From assembly GCA_965248755.1 (NCBI GenBank), contig OZ252149.1, positions 4,252,314 to 4,316,313 of the forward strand: DNA of 64,000 nucleotides. Direction: 5' to 3'. Position numbers and translations under genes: made by a program. The notes beneath the pieces were generated by a model that worked only from the letters and a program-made list of their open reading frames with translations, was not told the origin of the DNA and did no database searches. The DNA comes from Candidatus Latescibacterota bacterium. GTDB taxonomy: Bacteria; Latescibacterota; CBDEFO01. Shown here in pieces: positions 30,057-41,665 of this stretch. The number at the start of each line of letters is the position of its first letter. The stretch's first letter is position 1.

Positions 30057-32622
30057 CTATCCTGTCGTGCCGAAGTTATCCAGAAAGATCACAAAGTCAG
30101 ATAGACCTACTTCTCCATCGCTGTCCAAGTCATACGCAGAATCCCAATCGACTGAACTGGTAGTTGTTCCGAACACATCTAGAAAACGGACAAAATCGGA
30201 GAGACCTACTTCATTATCCCCGTCGAAATCTCCTACAAGGTCAGGGACGACAGTAAAGTCAGAGATATTCAACAACACTGACACACTGTCGCTCCATCTA
30301 TTAGTCACAACAAGGTCATTATTTCCATCTCCATCCAAATCCGCACTAAAAACTGACACGGGACCATTCCCAACACTATAGGCCGCATTAATTTCAAATG
30401 TCCCATTTCCATCATTCAACAACACTGACACATTATCACTGTTCTCATTAGCTACAGCCAAGTCATTATCCCCATCCCCGTCTAAATCCACACTGAAAAT
30501 TGATATAGGACTGTCCCCAACAGCATAGTTCATCTTAGGAGCAAATGTTCCATTTCCATTATTCAACAACACTGATACACTATCGCTGCCAATATTAGCT
30601 GTTGCTAAGTCATTATCTCCATCTCCATCTAAATCTGTACTGAATACTGATGCGGGTTCATTTCCAGCGTCATAGTCTGCCCTAAATGGAAATGCTCCAT
30701 CTCCACTATTCAACAACACCGATACATTTTCGCTAATAAGATTAGCCACAACTAATTCATTATCCCCATCCCCATCTAAATCCACACTGAAAATTGATAT
30801 AGGACCCTCCCCAACAGCATAGTCCACCTTAGGTGCAAATGTGCCATTCCCATTATTCAACAACACTGATACATTATCGCTGTTCCAATTAGCCACAGCC
30901 AAGTCATCATCCCCATCTCCATCTAAATCTGTAATGAATACTGACTCGGGACTACCCCCAACTGCATAGTCAGTCCTGGGTCCGAAAAGGACATCGACAA
31001 AAGCAAATCCGTCAGAGAGTGTGTCTGTCAGACCATTGGGATTTGTAACTATTACGTCTACAGTGCTAATAGGATGAGCGGGAATCACAGCGGTGATCGT
31101 ACTGGAGGATACTATGACTACGTCTGTGGCTGCTCTATCTCCGAAAGTAACAGTTGCTCCACTTTGGAAATCGCGGCCTTTTATCGTCACAGATGTACCA
31201 CCCAATTTCGTGCCGAAAATAGGATCAATAGATGTCACAATAGGGGGAACCCCAATAAAAGCAAATCCATTAGACAGTGTGCCAGCCTGACCGTCGGGAT
31301 TTGTGACTGTCACATCCACAATGCCAACGGGATGAGCGGGAGTTGTTGCGGTAATGGTACCCCAAAGTCCTACAGCTACATTTGTGGCATCGCTCTCGCC
31401 GAAAATAACAGTCGCTCCACTTTGGAAATTGCTCCCTGTTATCGTCACAGACGTACCCTCTAATTCCAGGCCAGAAGTGGGATTGATAGAGGTTACAGCC
31501 AGAGAAGGTATCACATCGGAGAGATTCAACAACACTGATACATTATCGCTACCCAAATTAGCCACAGCCAAGTCGTTATCACCATCTCCATCTAAATCCA
31601 CACTGAATACTGATTCGGGACGACTCCCAGCGGCATAGTCTACCTTAGGTGCAAATGGTCCCATTCCCATTATTCAATAACACTGATACATTATCGCTGA
31701 GGAAATTAGCCACAGCTAAGTCGTTATCTTCATCACCATCTAAATCTGCAATGAATACTGAATAGGCATGATCCCCAGCGGGATAGTCCACCTTAGTTAC
31801 AAATGTCCCATTCCCATTATTCAATAACACTGATACAGTACCGTCGAATACAGAATTAGCCACAGCCAAGTCATTATCCCCATCTCCATCTAAATCTGCA
31901 ATGAATACTGAAGAGGGACCAAGCCCGGCGTTATAGTCTGTCTTAGGTGCAAATGTCCCATCTCCTTTGTTCAACAACACTGATACATTATAGCTGTTCC
32001 TGTTAGCCACAGCCATGTCATTATCCCCGTCTCCATCTAAATCTGCGATGAAAACTGAAACGGGATTATCCCCAACAATCAAGTCTACCTTAGGTACAAA
32101 TGTTCCGTTCCCATTGTTCAATAATACTGAAACGCTATCGCTCCCTGCATTAGCCACAGCGAGGTCATTATCTCCATCCCCATCTAAATCTGCAATGAAT
32201 ACTGAACGGGGGAAAACCCCAGTGCCATAATCCACCTTATGCCCAAATGTTCCATCCCCATTATTTAACAACACTGATACAGTACCTGGGGGGATGTTAT
32301 TAGCCACAGCTAAGTCATTATCCCCATCTCCATCTAAATCCGCACTGAATACTGAACGGGGATATTCCGTAACACCATAGTCCACCTTAGGTGCAAATGT
32401 ACCATCGCCATTATTCAACAACACTGATACAGTACCTGGGGAGATGCTATTAGCCACAGCTAAGTCATTATCCCCATCTCCATCTAAATCCGCACTGAAT
32501 ACTGAACGGGGTTTATCCCCAGTGGCATAGGAAGTCGGAGGCCCCAAAAGGGCTTGTGCATAGACAGGCGCATACAAAGCGACTAACAGGATCAAAGCAG
32601 TATATAAGATTGCACACCTCAT
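30057..32622 (-). CDS. secreted FG-GAP/VCBS + IPT/TIG + dockerin-like surface protein, second paralogue, with apparent 1-nt frameshift near 31650
   Basis: ORFs 31645..32622 (signal peptide MRCAILYTALILLVALYAPVYAQA plus FG-GAP repeats) and 30057..31670 (FG-GAP, three IPT/TIG, dockerin-like tail) overlap; the frame break lies inside a conserved NNGNGTFAPK repeat. Confidence 0.7.
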
Positions 32623-32653
32623 TTTATTATCTCTTAACGGAAAGATCCGAGAG

Positions 32654-33976
32654 TTAAGCGACTCGCTTTAAGACTCGTTCGAAAGCGCTGATAGCCTCGT
32701 CTATATTTTCTCTACCGGTCGGGATGGAGATACTGTGCATTGTCAGACCGGGATTTGTGTGAACGCCCTCCTCAAGGAGTCCGAGATATAGCCTGTATGA
32801 CAGCGCTCTATCACTCGCAGCGCCGGCGCGATAGTTGAGGATCTCCTGATTAGTGAAATAGATGCCGAATAGCGGCCCGATACCGATCACACAAGTTGCA
32901 ATGCCGACCCGGTCTGCGGCTTCTTTTAATCCTCTTCGGATTCGGTCGCCCAGTGTTTTAAGGTGAACGTACATCTCATCTGTCAGGAGCCGCAGAGTGG
33001 CAAGGCCCGCGGTGGTCGACATGGGGTTGCCCGCAAATGTGCCGCTTTGAAAGAAACCCTTACCGGTCCTTGCGTCCAGAACGTCCATAAGTTCAGCTCG
33101 TCCGCCGAGCGCGCCGCCGGGGAATCCGCCCGCGATAATCTTTCCAAAGAGTGTAAGGTCAGGTTCAAAACCGTAGAGTTCCTGGACACCTCCGGGGGCA
33201 ACAGAGAAGCTGACGACTTCGTCAAGGATAAGGTAGAGGTCGTACTTGTGAGTGATGTTCCGAACAAAGCGCGAAAATTCAGGACCTACTGACATAACGC
33301 CTGCCCGGACATCAAAAAGTACGCCCGCCAATTCATCCCGGTGTTCCGCCAATATGCGATCTACAGATTCAGGGTCATTCAGCGGCAGGACAACAGTATC
33401 CTCAGCCACGTGGCACGACACTCCTTTGACTGTCACGACAGGTTCAGGTGAATCGGCCGGACCTGCCATATCGGTCGGCGGAGCTACGCTGACCTCAACA
33501 GCGTCGTGGCTGCCATGAAAGGCCCCCTCAAATTTCGCGATTTTCTCCTTTCCGGTCAGGCCGCGCACCAACCTTACTGCGTTGAGGCTTGCTTCTGTGC
33601 CTGAGTTAGTAAACCGGACCCGCTCGACGGATGGGACCCGCCGACATATCTCCTCGGCAAGTTCAGCCTCTACACCGACTTGGCGGCCAAGGGCAAAGCC
33701 CCTGCCAATCTGGCTTTGCACAGCTTCAACGACATTCGGATGGCGATAGCCCGCTATAGCCGCCGTATGGTGATTAGCTACATCCAAGTAACGATGGCCG
33801 TCAACGTCATAAAGGTAACATCCCTCGCCACGCTCCATATAGAGCGGAAAGGGGAAGGTATCATAAGCCCCTTTGGCGACGCCTCCCGGCATAGAGGACA
33901 GACCTTTTTCGTAAAGGGCCAAAGACCTGGGGTTGTTCTTGAGATATCGAGATTCCAGGGTTTCGATAGATTCCAC
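32654..33976 (-). CDS. class-III PLP aminotransferase, glutamate-1-semialdehyde 2,1-aminomutase-like
   Basis: 440 aa; ILDEVVSFSVAPGG...FGKIIAGGFPGGALGGR pattern resembles HemL. Confidence 0.65.
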   Translation of the reverse strand: MESIETLESRYLKNNPRSLALYEKGLSSMPGGVAKGAYDTFPFPLYMERGEGCYLYDVDGHRYLDVANHHTAAIAGYRHPNVVEAVQSQIGRGFALGRQVGVEAELAEEICRRVPSVERVRFTNSGTEASLNAVRLVRGLTGKEKIAKFEGAFHGSHDAVEVSVAPPTDMAGPADSPEPVVTVKGVSCHVAEDTVVLPLNDPESVDRILAEHRDELAGVLFDVRAGVMSVGPEFSRFVRNITHKYDLYLILDEVVSFSVAPGGVQELYGFEPDLTLFGKIIAGGFPGGALGGRAELMDVLDARTGKGFFQSGTFAGNPMSTTAGLATLRLLTDEMYVHLKTLGDRIRRGLKEAADRVGIATCVIGIGPLFGIYFTNQEILNYRAGAASDRALSYRLYLGLLEEGVHTNPGLTMHSISIPTGRENIDEAISAFERVLKRVA

Positions 33977-34076
33977 GTTGTATTCTCCTTTGCACGCTGT
34001 GACGGACGCGGCTGGACATGCCTCATTCTAAAATAACCTGATAAAGATGGAAAATCAAGTCAAATCATTTTTTTGG

Positions 34077-34099
34077 TCCCCGATAGATTCAATCCGGGA
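34077..34099. repeat. palindromic element copy, inverted orientation (TCCCCGATAGATTCAATCCGGGA)
   Basis: Reverse complement matches the family consensus with one mismatch; intergenic. Confidence 0.7.
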
Positions 34100-34197
34100 A
34101 AAGAAAATCCTTGCTTTGTGTCTCGATCTGCATTATCATATTTCAATCTGCTACGTTCCTTGCTATCTTAGGCTACTTTCAATCAGAGAATATTCAA

Positions 34198-35214
34198 ATG
34201 GAAACTCCCCTTTTTCCCGGCAAACTGCCGCCCGGTCTCCTTAAACGCCTGACAGAGACGTACACAACATCAGACGAAAGAGTAGTAATAGGCTCAAAGT
34301 TAGGGGAAGACGCCACAGTCATAGACTTCCATGATACCTATCTTGTTGCGAAGACAGATCCCATCACTTTTGCGACCGACCAGGCAGGCTGGTACGCTGT
34401 CAACGTCAACGCCAACGATATAGCCGCAATGGGTGCAAGACCCAAATGGTTTCTGGCAACAGCTCTCCTTCCTGAAAGAGACGCTACGCCGCAACTTGCC
34501 GAAGAGATCTTCAGGCAGATCAGTCAGGCCTCCTCATCTTTAGGCATAGCCTTCTGCGGAGGACATACGGAGATAACTTACGGCCTCGACAGACCCATAC
34601 TCATAGGCTGCATGCTCGGCGAAGTTCCGAAAGAAGGGCTCGTCAGATCGTCCGGCTTGATTCCCGGAGATAGGATCATCCTGACGAAGGGACTCGGCAT
34701 AGAAGCCACATCCATCATTGCAAGAGAAAAAGAGGAGCAACTAAAAGAAAAGTGGGGGAAGGAATTTGTTCAAAGATGTAAGGACTACCTCTACAAGCCC
34801 GGTATAAGTGTAGTCAAAGACTCAGAGATAGCCTGCGCCACAGCCCGAATAAAGGCCATGCACGATCCGACCGAGGGCGGAGTAGCCACAGGATTGTGGG
34901 AACTTGCCCAGGCATCACAGGTTGGGATCGAAATATATGGTGAAAGGCTCTATATTTCAGAAGAATCCAAAGCCCTCTGCGAGGAATTCGACATCGTCCC
35001 TCTAGGGGCTATCTCATCAGGCGCCCTCCTGATAGGTGTCAATCGGACTGATGTTCAACCTGTACTTCAAGCCCTGCGGAGGGCCGAGATCGAATCTGAG
35101 GAGATAGGACAAGCTAAAGACAAGGACTTCGGATTAAGGCTGAACACAAAAGGAAAGCTTTCCGAGCTTCCCCGCTTCGACAGAGACGAAATAACGAAGC
35201 TCTTTGAGGGCTGA
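34198..35214 (+). CDS. AIR-synthase-related (PurM-like superfamily) protein
   Basis: GEDATVID...DQAGWYAVNVNANDIAAMGARPKWFL and HDPTEGG regions typical of PurM/HypE/ThiL-like folds; start taken at the internal ATG. Confidence 0.55.
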   Translation: METPLFPGKLPPGLLKRLTETYTTSDERVVIGSKLGEDATVIDFHDTYLVAKTDPITFATDQAGWYAVNVNANDIAAMGARPKWFLATALLPERDATPQLAEEIFRQISQASSSLGIAFCGGHTEITYGLDRPILIGCMLGEVPKEGLVRSSGLIPGDRIILTKGLGIEATSIIAREKEEQLKEKWGKEFVQRCKDYLYKPGISVVKDSEIACATARIKAMHDPTEGGVATGLWELAQASQVGIEIYGERLYISEESKALCEEFDIVPLGAISSGALLIGVNRTDVQPVLQALRRAEIESEEIGQAKDKDFGLRLNTKGKLSELPRFDRDEITKLFEG

Positions 35215-35347
35215 TCTTATTATATTTGATTCTCCTCTGCAGCCCTGTAACAATTTTGCATCTTTTTGGACGACACAAGTAGTTTGGAATACATATAGGT
35301 ACTGCATAGATTTAAGGATCGGTTCAGAATAGTCTGGACAAGATTAT

Positions 35348-35386
35348 GGATATCTCAAATGGATATCTCAAATGGACATCTAAAAT
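35348..35386. repeat. three tandem 13-bp direct repeats (GGATATCTCAAAT x2, GGACATCTAAAAT)
   Basis: Read directly; about 170 bp upstream of the methyltransferase gene at 35559. Confidence 0.7.
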
Positions 35387-35558
35387 AGTAGACAGCATAG
35401 AGGGAGGGGGCGGTCTAACGAGATTGCTTCGCTTCGCTTGCAGCGACATCGCGGCCTTTCGGTACAGTCATTGCGAGGAGTGAAACCATGAAGGAATCAC
35501 AAGAGATGGACAGGGCTGTCCTATTTTCTGTCTTCTACTTACTGTCGAGTTATTCAGT

Positions 35559-36407
35559 ATGGGCATTACGGTATCCTATAAATCTCTGAAAGAATCGCCC
35601 GTCCCTGATGCATTTTGGGCTCAGATCGGGCTGGCAGGTCCTGACGGGTCGGTGGATCGAGCTAAGATCAAGAAGTACCAAGAGGTTGTGGGATTCAGCC
35701 GATATATTGTGGAAGCTGTCGAGACGTTGCCCGAAGATCAGGAGATCACCATTTTAGACTGCGGCTGTGGGAAGTCGTATCTGTCGTTTGTGGTAAACGA
35801 TCTGTTGACGCGCCAGATGGGTAGGTCTGCCTACTTCATCGGCGTGGACACCAACGACGCGGTCATCCAGATGTGCGAACAGACTCGGGAGGGGCTTGGG
35901 TTCGATAATATGGTCTTTCACGTCGCCCGGACGCTCGATTTTGAGCCGGACAGAAGTGTGGATGTTGTGATCGCTCTCCACGCCTGCAACACGGCCACAG
36001 ACGAGGCCATCGCAAGGGGGATATCCCTGGGGGCCAGGTACATAATGACAATGCCGTGCTGCCAGAATCAAGTCCGGGGACAACTCAAGGATAAGCATCC
36101 GCTGGCTGACCTGACCCAGTTCGGCCTTCTGAAGTACGCCTTTGCCAGCACGCTCACCGATGGCCTTAGGTCTTTGATCCTCAAGGGAGTCGGATATGAG
36201 GTCAAGCACTTTGAAGTGGTTCCTCCCAAGTGCACACCCAAGAATGTTCTGATCCAAGCCCGAAAGATTAAGCGCAAGCGGGAGCCGAATCTGTCTGAGT
36301 ACGTGCGGGTAAGTCGTCAGTTCGGTGTGCGGATTGCCCTGGAGCATATGCTGCCTGAGGAATTGCGGGAAGTGCTGGCAAGGGCAGATATAGGATACAA
36401 TGTGTAG
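35559..36407 (+). CDS. SAM-dependent methyltransferase
   Basis: ILDCGCGKSYLSFVV (motif I-like) and DVVIALHACNTATDEAI. Confidence 0.65.
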   Translation: MGITVSYKSLKESPVPDAFWAQIGLAGPDGSVDRAKIKKYQEVVGFSRYIVEAVETLPEDQEITILDCGCGKSYLSFVVNDLLTRQMGRSAYFIGVDTNDAVIQMCEQTREGLGFDNMVFHVARTLDFEPDRSVDVVIALHACNTATDEAIARGISLGARYIMTMPCCQNQVRGQLKDKHPLADLTQFGLLKYAFASTLTDGLRSLILKGVGYEVKHFEVVPPKCTPKNVLIQARKIKRKREPNLSEYVRVSRQFGVRIALEHMLPEELREVLARADIGYNV

Positions 36408-36601
36408 GAGCGATTCACACTGCGTGCATTGCGACAGAGACGACAGCGATCTTTCGTTAATTGATTCTCCTTGACAGCCCTGCGACGAATTAGTATCTTT
36501 TAACCAAGTGCAAGGCTATTTTTTTGAAAGTAAAGGATATATCGATGAGATCTTATGGGGTATGATCCATTCTGGGAAATTACCAAGACTAAGGAACAGA
36601 T

Positions 36602-37613
36602 ATGGCAAGAGATATTAGAGACTTCATAATGAACTTGAGGTATTCACGAAAACCGGCGGACATTGTGATCGAGAATATGATTGAAGAAGTTCGTGATGGT
36701 ACGCTTATTGTCGACCACCCTTTAACGGTAAAGCAATTTCTGGAAGTCGTTGAAAAAAGGTGGGCAGAAATTTCGCCTCGTCTAATTCAATTACTCTTCA
36801 AGCTCTTACTAAGTGAGTCTGAAAAAGCAGAGCTGCCTCCATCTTCTCATGATCAAATCCGCTCTATGTTGGTGGAGATACTAGGTAAGTTCAAGACTTC
36901 ACCTCTTATTGAGGATGAAGTGGTGATAAGGAAAAGACGGGAAAAGAATCTGGAATATGCGCTGCAAGCTGTGGAGGAGATCTAAATCCAAGAAAAGGAT
37001 AGACTTCTCTTCTTCCTAGGAGCAGGAGCTTCAAAGCCAGAGCCTTCAAATATCCCGACAATAAACGAATTGCTCCCAGAGATTTGGAAAAAATCAAGTC
37101 GAATGGAATCAAGGCCTCTTGAAAAACTTCAGCTATGGTGCACTGAAAACAACATATAAAACATCGAAGAAATGCTTACCGCAGTGACCCTCTCCAATTC
37201 TATAATCAAGGACTCGAAGGTTCACGGGCTTTTTAATTCGGTACTATATCCTGACGATACTTCGGAACAGACTTCCATTAGGGACATAGACACTTGATGA
37301 TTACATTTCAAAAATGTTAGTCAAAGCAGTAGGTCAAGATCCAGAAAAACATGTAATCGCTGTTAATATTGATCACGAAGCAATCGATAGATGCAAATCC
37401 TTTATTAAACTACACGTGGAAGCTTTTGATGAAGATAAGAGGTTCTTTTCTATGCGAGGAGATGGAACCGAGCTTGTACCCAAGATAACAAGAGTGCTCA
37501 CTGAAGTCCCGAAGAAAATATCAAAAAAACGCTCAATAGACCCGTCGAACAGGAATGGAGACTCTAAACCTCCGTCAGATCTACGGGCAACCGCGGACCT
37601 CTCTACAGACTAG
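36602..37613 (+). pseudogene. degraded SIR2-like (DHS-like NAD-binding) gene
   Basis: ORF 36602..36985 ends at TAA; in the same frame follows IQEKDRLLFFLGAGASKPEPSNIPTINELLPEIW (FLGAGxS...IP...EL, SIR2_2-like); later segments in other frames include HVIAVNIDHEAIDR (TTNYD-like); at least one in-frame stop and two frame changes. Confidence 0.35.
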
Positions 37614-37638
37614 CCATAATCATCAGACGAGGCTCACA

Positions 37639-38217
37639 ATGACCCTCAAGGTCGTAATCTTCGACATGGACGGGACTATAACGAAGCCTTATATAGACTG
37701 GAAATCCCTCAGAGATGAAATAGGCATCCCACAGAATGAAATAATTATTGACTACATCGAATCTCTACCTTTCCAAGAAAGAAAAAGGGCTAACCGAATC
37801 CTTGAAATGCTAGAAGGGGAAGCCGCCCAAAACTCTGAGATCAACGAAGGAGCTGAAGAACTCCTTCAATTCCTTAAAGAAAAAGGCATAAAGACGGCCC
37901 TGGTCACGAATAACAACAGGCGGGCGATGGAACACGTCCTTGAAAGACACAGTCTGGATTTTGATATCCTGTTAAGCAGGGAAGATGGATCGGTCAAGCC
38001 CTCGGAAGAGTTGATATTAAGAGCCCTCGACCGCACAGGAGCAGAAAAAGATCAAGCCATCGCAGTGGGAGATGGACGATTTGATTTAGAAGCGAGCAAG
38101 AAAGCAGGAGTCAGATGCATTTACCTATCCAACTCTACCCCTGCGTTAGAACATAACTTCACAGCGCATACCTTACACGACGTAGTGGAAATAATAGACA
38201 AACTCACAGAGGCATAA
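37639..38217 (+). CDS. HAD-superfamily hydrolase
   Basis: N-terminal VVIFDMDGTIT (HAD motif I) and later GDGRFD; start at internal ATG. Confidence 0.7.
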   Translation: MTLKVVIFDMDGTITKPYIDWKSLRDEIGIPQNEIIIDYIESLPFQERKRANRILEMLEGEAAQNSEINEGAEELLQFLKEKGIKTALVTNNNRRAMEHVLERHSLDFDILLSREDGSVKPSEELILRALDRTGAEKDQAIAVGDGRFDLEASKKAGVRCIYLSNSTPALEHNFTAHTLHDVVEIIDKLTEA

Positions 38218-38239
38218 ACTAAGGAGTGAGGCGATCACT

Positions 38240-38413
38240 GTGCGAAAGCTTGCGCTTTTTGTCACAATTGCAGGACTTTCAGCGACGGGAGCCATTTTTT
38301 TCCTGGGAAAGAGGAGGAGGGTCTGCCCTGAGTGCAAAAGACGAGTGCAGGGTAATTGGAAATATTGTCCCCACGACGGCGCGAAGACTGAAGCCAAATA
38401 CGAATGGGATTAA
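38240..38413 (+). CDS. small membrane-anchored zinc-ribbon protein (not in ORF track)
   Basis: 57 codons from GTG with AAGGAG about 13 nt upstream; one TM helix then [19 protein letters not shown]. Confidence 0.35.
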   Translation: MRKLALFVTIAGLSATGAIFFLGKRRRVCPECKRRVQGNWKYCPHDGAKTEAKYEWD

Positions 38414-38865
38414 GCGGGAGAATTGGCGTGCCAAAGATACTGGTCATACATGGTCCAAACCTCAATTTACTCGGCACAAGAGAGCCCGAAATATACGGTT
38501 TACAAACTTTACAGGATATAAATAAAGCTGTAGAGGACTTATCTTGTGAATTAGACGCAGATGTGCAAATATTCCAGTCTAACCACGAAGGCGAAATCGT
38601 AGACCAGATCCAAAAGGCGGGGGAGTGGGCGGACGGCATCCTCATCAACCCCGGAGCATTTACACACTACAGTATCGCAATAAGAGACGCCCTTTCCGCG
38701 GTAGATCTTCCTGCAGTAGAGGTCCATCTGTCAAACCTACACGCAAGGGAAGATTTCAGAAAGAATTCTGTCATAGCTTCCGTATGCACAGGACAAATAT
38801 CCGGATTTGAGGCAAGCAGCTATCTTTTGGGACTCAGAGCCTTAGTAGGTAAACTGAAAGAATAG
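38404..38865 (+). CDS. aroQ: 3-dehydroquinate dehydratase, type II
   Basis: [23 protein letters not shown]...[12 protein letters not shown] motifs; start may be a few codons downstream. Confidence 0.85.
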   Translation: MGLSGRIGVPKILVIHGPNLNLLGTREPEIYGLQTLQDINKAVEDLSCELDADVQIFQSNHEGEIVDQIQKAGEWADGILINPGAFTHYSIAIRDALSAVDLPAVEVHLSNLHAREDFRKNSVIASVCTGQISGFEASSYLLGLRALVGKLKE

Positions 38866-38880
38866 CTTTGGAACTTCGAT

Positions 38881-39984
38881 ATGGCCAGATCGTACACACA
38901 TAAGATAAAACCCCAGGTGAGAGGGCTAACTCCCTATACTCTCAAGCAGTACGACTACGACGTGAAGCTCAATCAGAACGAAAATCCATTCGACTTTCCG
39001 CAAGAGATAAAAGAAGAAGTCCTTCAATTTGCCCGGGAAAGATGTTGGTCGAGATATCCAGACTTCACACAGAAAGATATGGTACAAGCCCTCTCAAGGT
39101 ACACAGGATGGCCGGAAGATGGAATTTTGGTCGGAAACGGTTCAAACGAACTGGTGCAGGCTACCCTCATAACTTTTATAGACGCTCCAGACACGACCGT
39201 GCTCATACCTACTCCCACGTTCACGCTCTACAGGCTGCTCTGCAAAGCCTTGGGAGCCAATGTCCTTGAGGTCTATCTTACTGAGAACTACAGATTCGAC
39301 ATAGAAGCTATAAAAGATGCCACTGAGACAAATTTTCCCGACGTTATGATATTCTGCTCTCCCAACAATCCGACAGGATGTGTCCTGGAAAACAGCGACA
39401 TTGAAGACCTTCTAAACCTCTCTGACGGCCTGATCGTAGTGGACGAAGCCTACTATGAATTCAGGGGCGAAACCTGCTTTTGCCTTTTGAAGGACTATCC
39501 CAATCTGATAATCTTTAGGACCTTCTCAAAAGCCCTTAGTCTTGCTGGACTCAGAATCGGATATCTTATGGCACATCCTGAGCTTGTAGAGCAAATATCT
39601 AAAGTCAAACTCCCGTACAACCTCAATTTCTTCTCACAGATAGCGGCGATGAAAGCCCTCGAAAATAGAGATCTACTGCAAAAGAACATAGACTATCTTA
39701 TCGGACAAAGGGACATCCTCTACAATGCACTCAAAGACATAGAGGGCGTGGTACCCTATCCCTCCTACGCCAACTTCATCCTCTTTGAGACACAATCGAA
39801 TTCTAAAGATATATTTGAGGGACTACTTCAGCAAGGCGTTCTAATTAGGGATGTCAGCGGTTATCCGATGCTTTCTCGTGCCCTAAGATTCAACGTCGGC
39901 ATCCAAGAGGAGAATACAAGATTTCTGGATGCCCTAAAAGAGACAGTGCGCTCGGCGCTTCGAAAAGGAAGTTTAAGCGTATGA
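38881..39984 (+). CDS. hisC: histidinol-phosphate aminotransferase
   Basis: 367 aa; class II aminotransferase layout, LNQNENPF start region. Confidence 0.85.
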   Translation: MARSYTHKIKPQVRGLTPYTLKQYDYDVKLNQNENPFDFPQEIKEEVLQFARERCWSRYPDFTQKDMVQALSRYTGWPEDGILVGNGSNELVQATLITFIDAPDTTVLIPTPTFTLYRLLCKALGANVLEVYLTENYRFDIEAIKDATETNFPDVMIFCSPNNPTGCVLENSDIEDLLNLSDGLIVVDEAYYEFRGETCFCLLKDYPNLIIFRTFSKALSLAGLRIGYLMAHPELVEQISKVKLPYNLNFFSQIAAMKALENRDLLQKNIDYLIGQRDILYNALKDIEGVVPYPSYANFILFETQSNSKDIFEGLLQQGVLIRDVSGYPMLSRALRFNVGIQEENTRFLDALKETVRSALRKGSLSV

Positions 39985-40577
39985 GCTCTAAAAGACAGAG
40001 TCGTATAGAAAGAGGGACTGCAGAGACACAGATAGAACTCGTGCTCGACCTTGACGGAAGAGGGAAAGCCGACATCGATACGGGAATCGGCTTTTTTGAC
40101 CACATGCTCGAGCTTTTTGCAAAGCATGGGTTCTTCGACCTTACTGTCAAATGTAAGGGCGACCTTAGTGTAGATCCGCATCATACGGTCGAAGACACAG
40201 GGATATGTCTGGGGTCCGCTATCGTTCAGGCTTCAGGGGACAAATCTGGCATCGTAAGATACGGATGCAGCTACGTGCCTATGGACGAAGCCCTTGCAAG
40301 GGTCGTTGTAGATCTTTCAGGACGCTCATCTTTCATCTTTAACGCTGAGATAAGGGACCGAAAGATAGGCCAGTTCCCGATGGAACTCTTGCCGGACTTC
40401 TTCAAAGCCGCAGCCGACAACGCTAAGATGAACCTGCATATAGACCTTATTAGGGGAGAAAATAGCCATCACTCGTCAGAGGCCATCTTTAAAGCCTTCG
40501 CCAGGGCCCTTGACCAGGCCTCGTCAATAAGCCAAAGAGTTCAGGGCGTCCTGTCTACCAAGGGGACTCTGCAGTGA
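39981..40577 (+). CDS. hisB: imidazoleglycerol-phosphate dehydratase
   Basis: 198 aa; [16 protein letters not shown] and [11 protein letters not shown] motifs; 4-nt overlap with hisC. Confidence 0.9.
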   Translation: MSSKRQSRIERGTAETQIELVLDLDGRGKADIDTGIGFFDHMLELFAKHGFFDLTVKCKGDLSVDPHHTVEDTGICLGSAIVQASGDKSGIVRYGCSYVPMDEALARVVVDLSGRSSFIFNAEIRDRKIGQFPMELLPDFFKAAADNAKMNLHIDLIRGENSHHSSEAIFKAFARALDQASSISQRVQGVLSTKGTLQ

Positions 40578-41665
40578 GTACAGAGGTAAAATACGACTGC
40601 AGATACTTCAAAGGCGACGTCCCCTGCAAATTCAATAAATTAGACGGCTCCGTCTGCGAGTGCTGTGGGCACTACGATAAGGTGGAGGGGAAGATACTCA
40701 TTATAAAGCTCGGCAGGGCCGGAGACGTTATAAGGACCACCCCTCTTTTGAGAAGACTCAAATATGTCTATCCAAAATCCCACATAACGTGGCTCACATG
40801 CTTTCCAGAATTCGTTCCGGATATAGTGGACTGCGTATTTACGTTCGATCCTCAAAACATCCTGTATCTCCAGCAGGTGCACTTTGATATCCTTTACAAC
40901 CTGGACAAGGATGTGGAAGGCTGCACCCTTGCTAACATAGTTTCCGCGGCCACAAAAAAAGGCTTCCACCTCAAAGACGGAAAATGCCATCCTATAGACA
41001 AAGACGCAGAGCACAAGTTCCTCACAGGCATATTCGATCAGGTGAGCAAAGCCAACACCAAAAGCTATCCTCATGAAATTTTCGAGATATGCGGCTTTGA
41101 ATTTAAAGGGGAGGAGTATATCCTCGAGAACTTCGCATCAGAGGGCTATAACTGGAGGATAGAGGAGCCGAAGCCCCTTGTAGGATTAAACACCGGCTGC
41201 GGTGGCACGTGGAGATCCAGACTCTGGGGCCAGGAAAAGTGGGTAGAGCTGGCACAGAGCCTCAAATCACAAGGCATAGGCGTCGTGCTACTGGGCGGAG
41301 AGGGGGAACACGAAAGGAATACATATATCTCAAAAGAAAGCAAAGCAAGCTATCTGGGATACTTCCCTATCAGGAAATTCGTCAACCTGATAGATCAATG
41401 TAACACCGTAGTGACAGCCGTCACCATGGCTACCCACATAGCTATAGGGCGTAGAAAAGGCATAGTCCTCTTAAACAACACGTTCAACCCCAGCGAATTT
41501 GAACTCTACGAATTGGGACAGATTGTAGAGCCTGACTTTGACTGTGACTGCTACTATTCTCCGATATGTCCCAACGACTGCATGCAGTACATCAGTCCCC
41601 AGAAGGTCTTTAACACATGTCTTGCAGTCCTCGAAAGCCAGGGGGAAAATCTTAATCTCTTATGA
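40574..41665 (+). CDS. glycosyltransferase family 9 (heptosyltransferase-like) with N-terminal Cys-rich segment
   Basis: [19 protein letters not shown] and GLNTGCGG...VVLLGGEGE pattern of GT9; N-terminal C-x7-C...C-x-CC. Confidence 0.7.
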   Translation: MSTEVKYDCRYFKGDVPCKFNKLDGSVCECCGHYDKVEGKILIIKLGRAGDVIRTTPLLRRLKYVYPKSHITWLTCFPEFVPDIVDCVFTFDPQNILYLQQVHFDILYNLDKDVEGCTLANIVSAATKKGFHLKDGKCHPIDKDAEHKFLTGIFDQVSKANTKSYPHEIFEICGFEFKGEEYILENFASEGYNWRIEEPKPLVGLNTGCGGTWRSRLWGQEKWVELAQSLKSQGIGVVLLGGEGEHERNTYISKESKASYLGYFPIRKFVNLIDQCNTVVTAVTMATHIAIGRRKGIVLLNNTFNPSEFELYELGQIVEPDFDCDCYYSPICPNDCMQYISPQKVFNTCLAVLESQGENLNLL

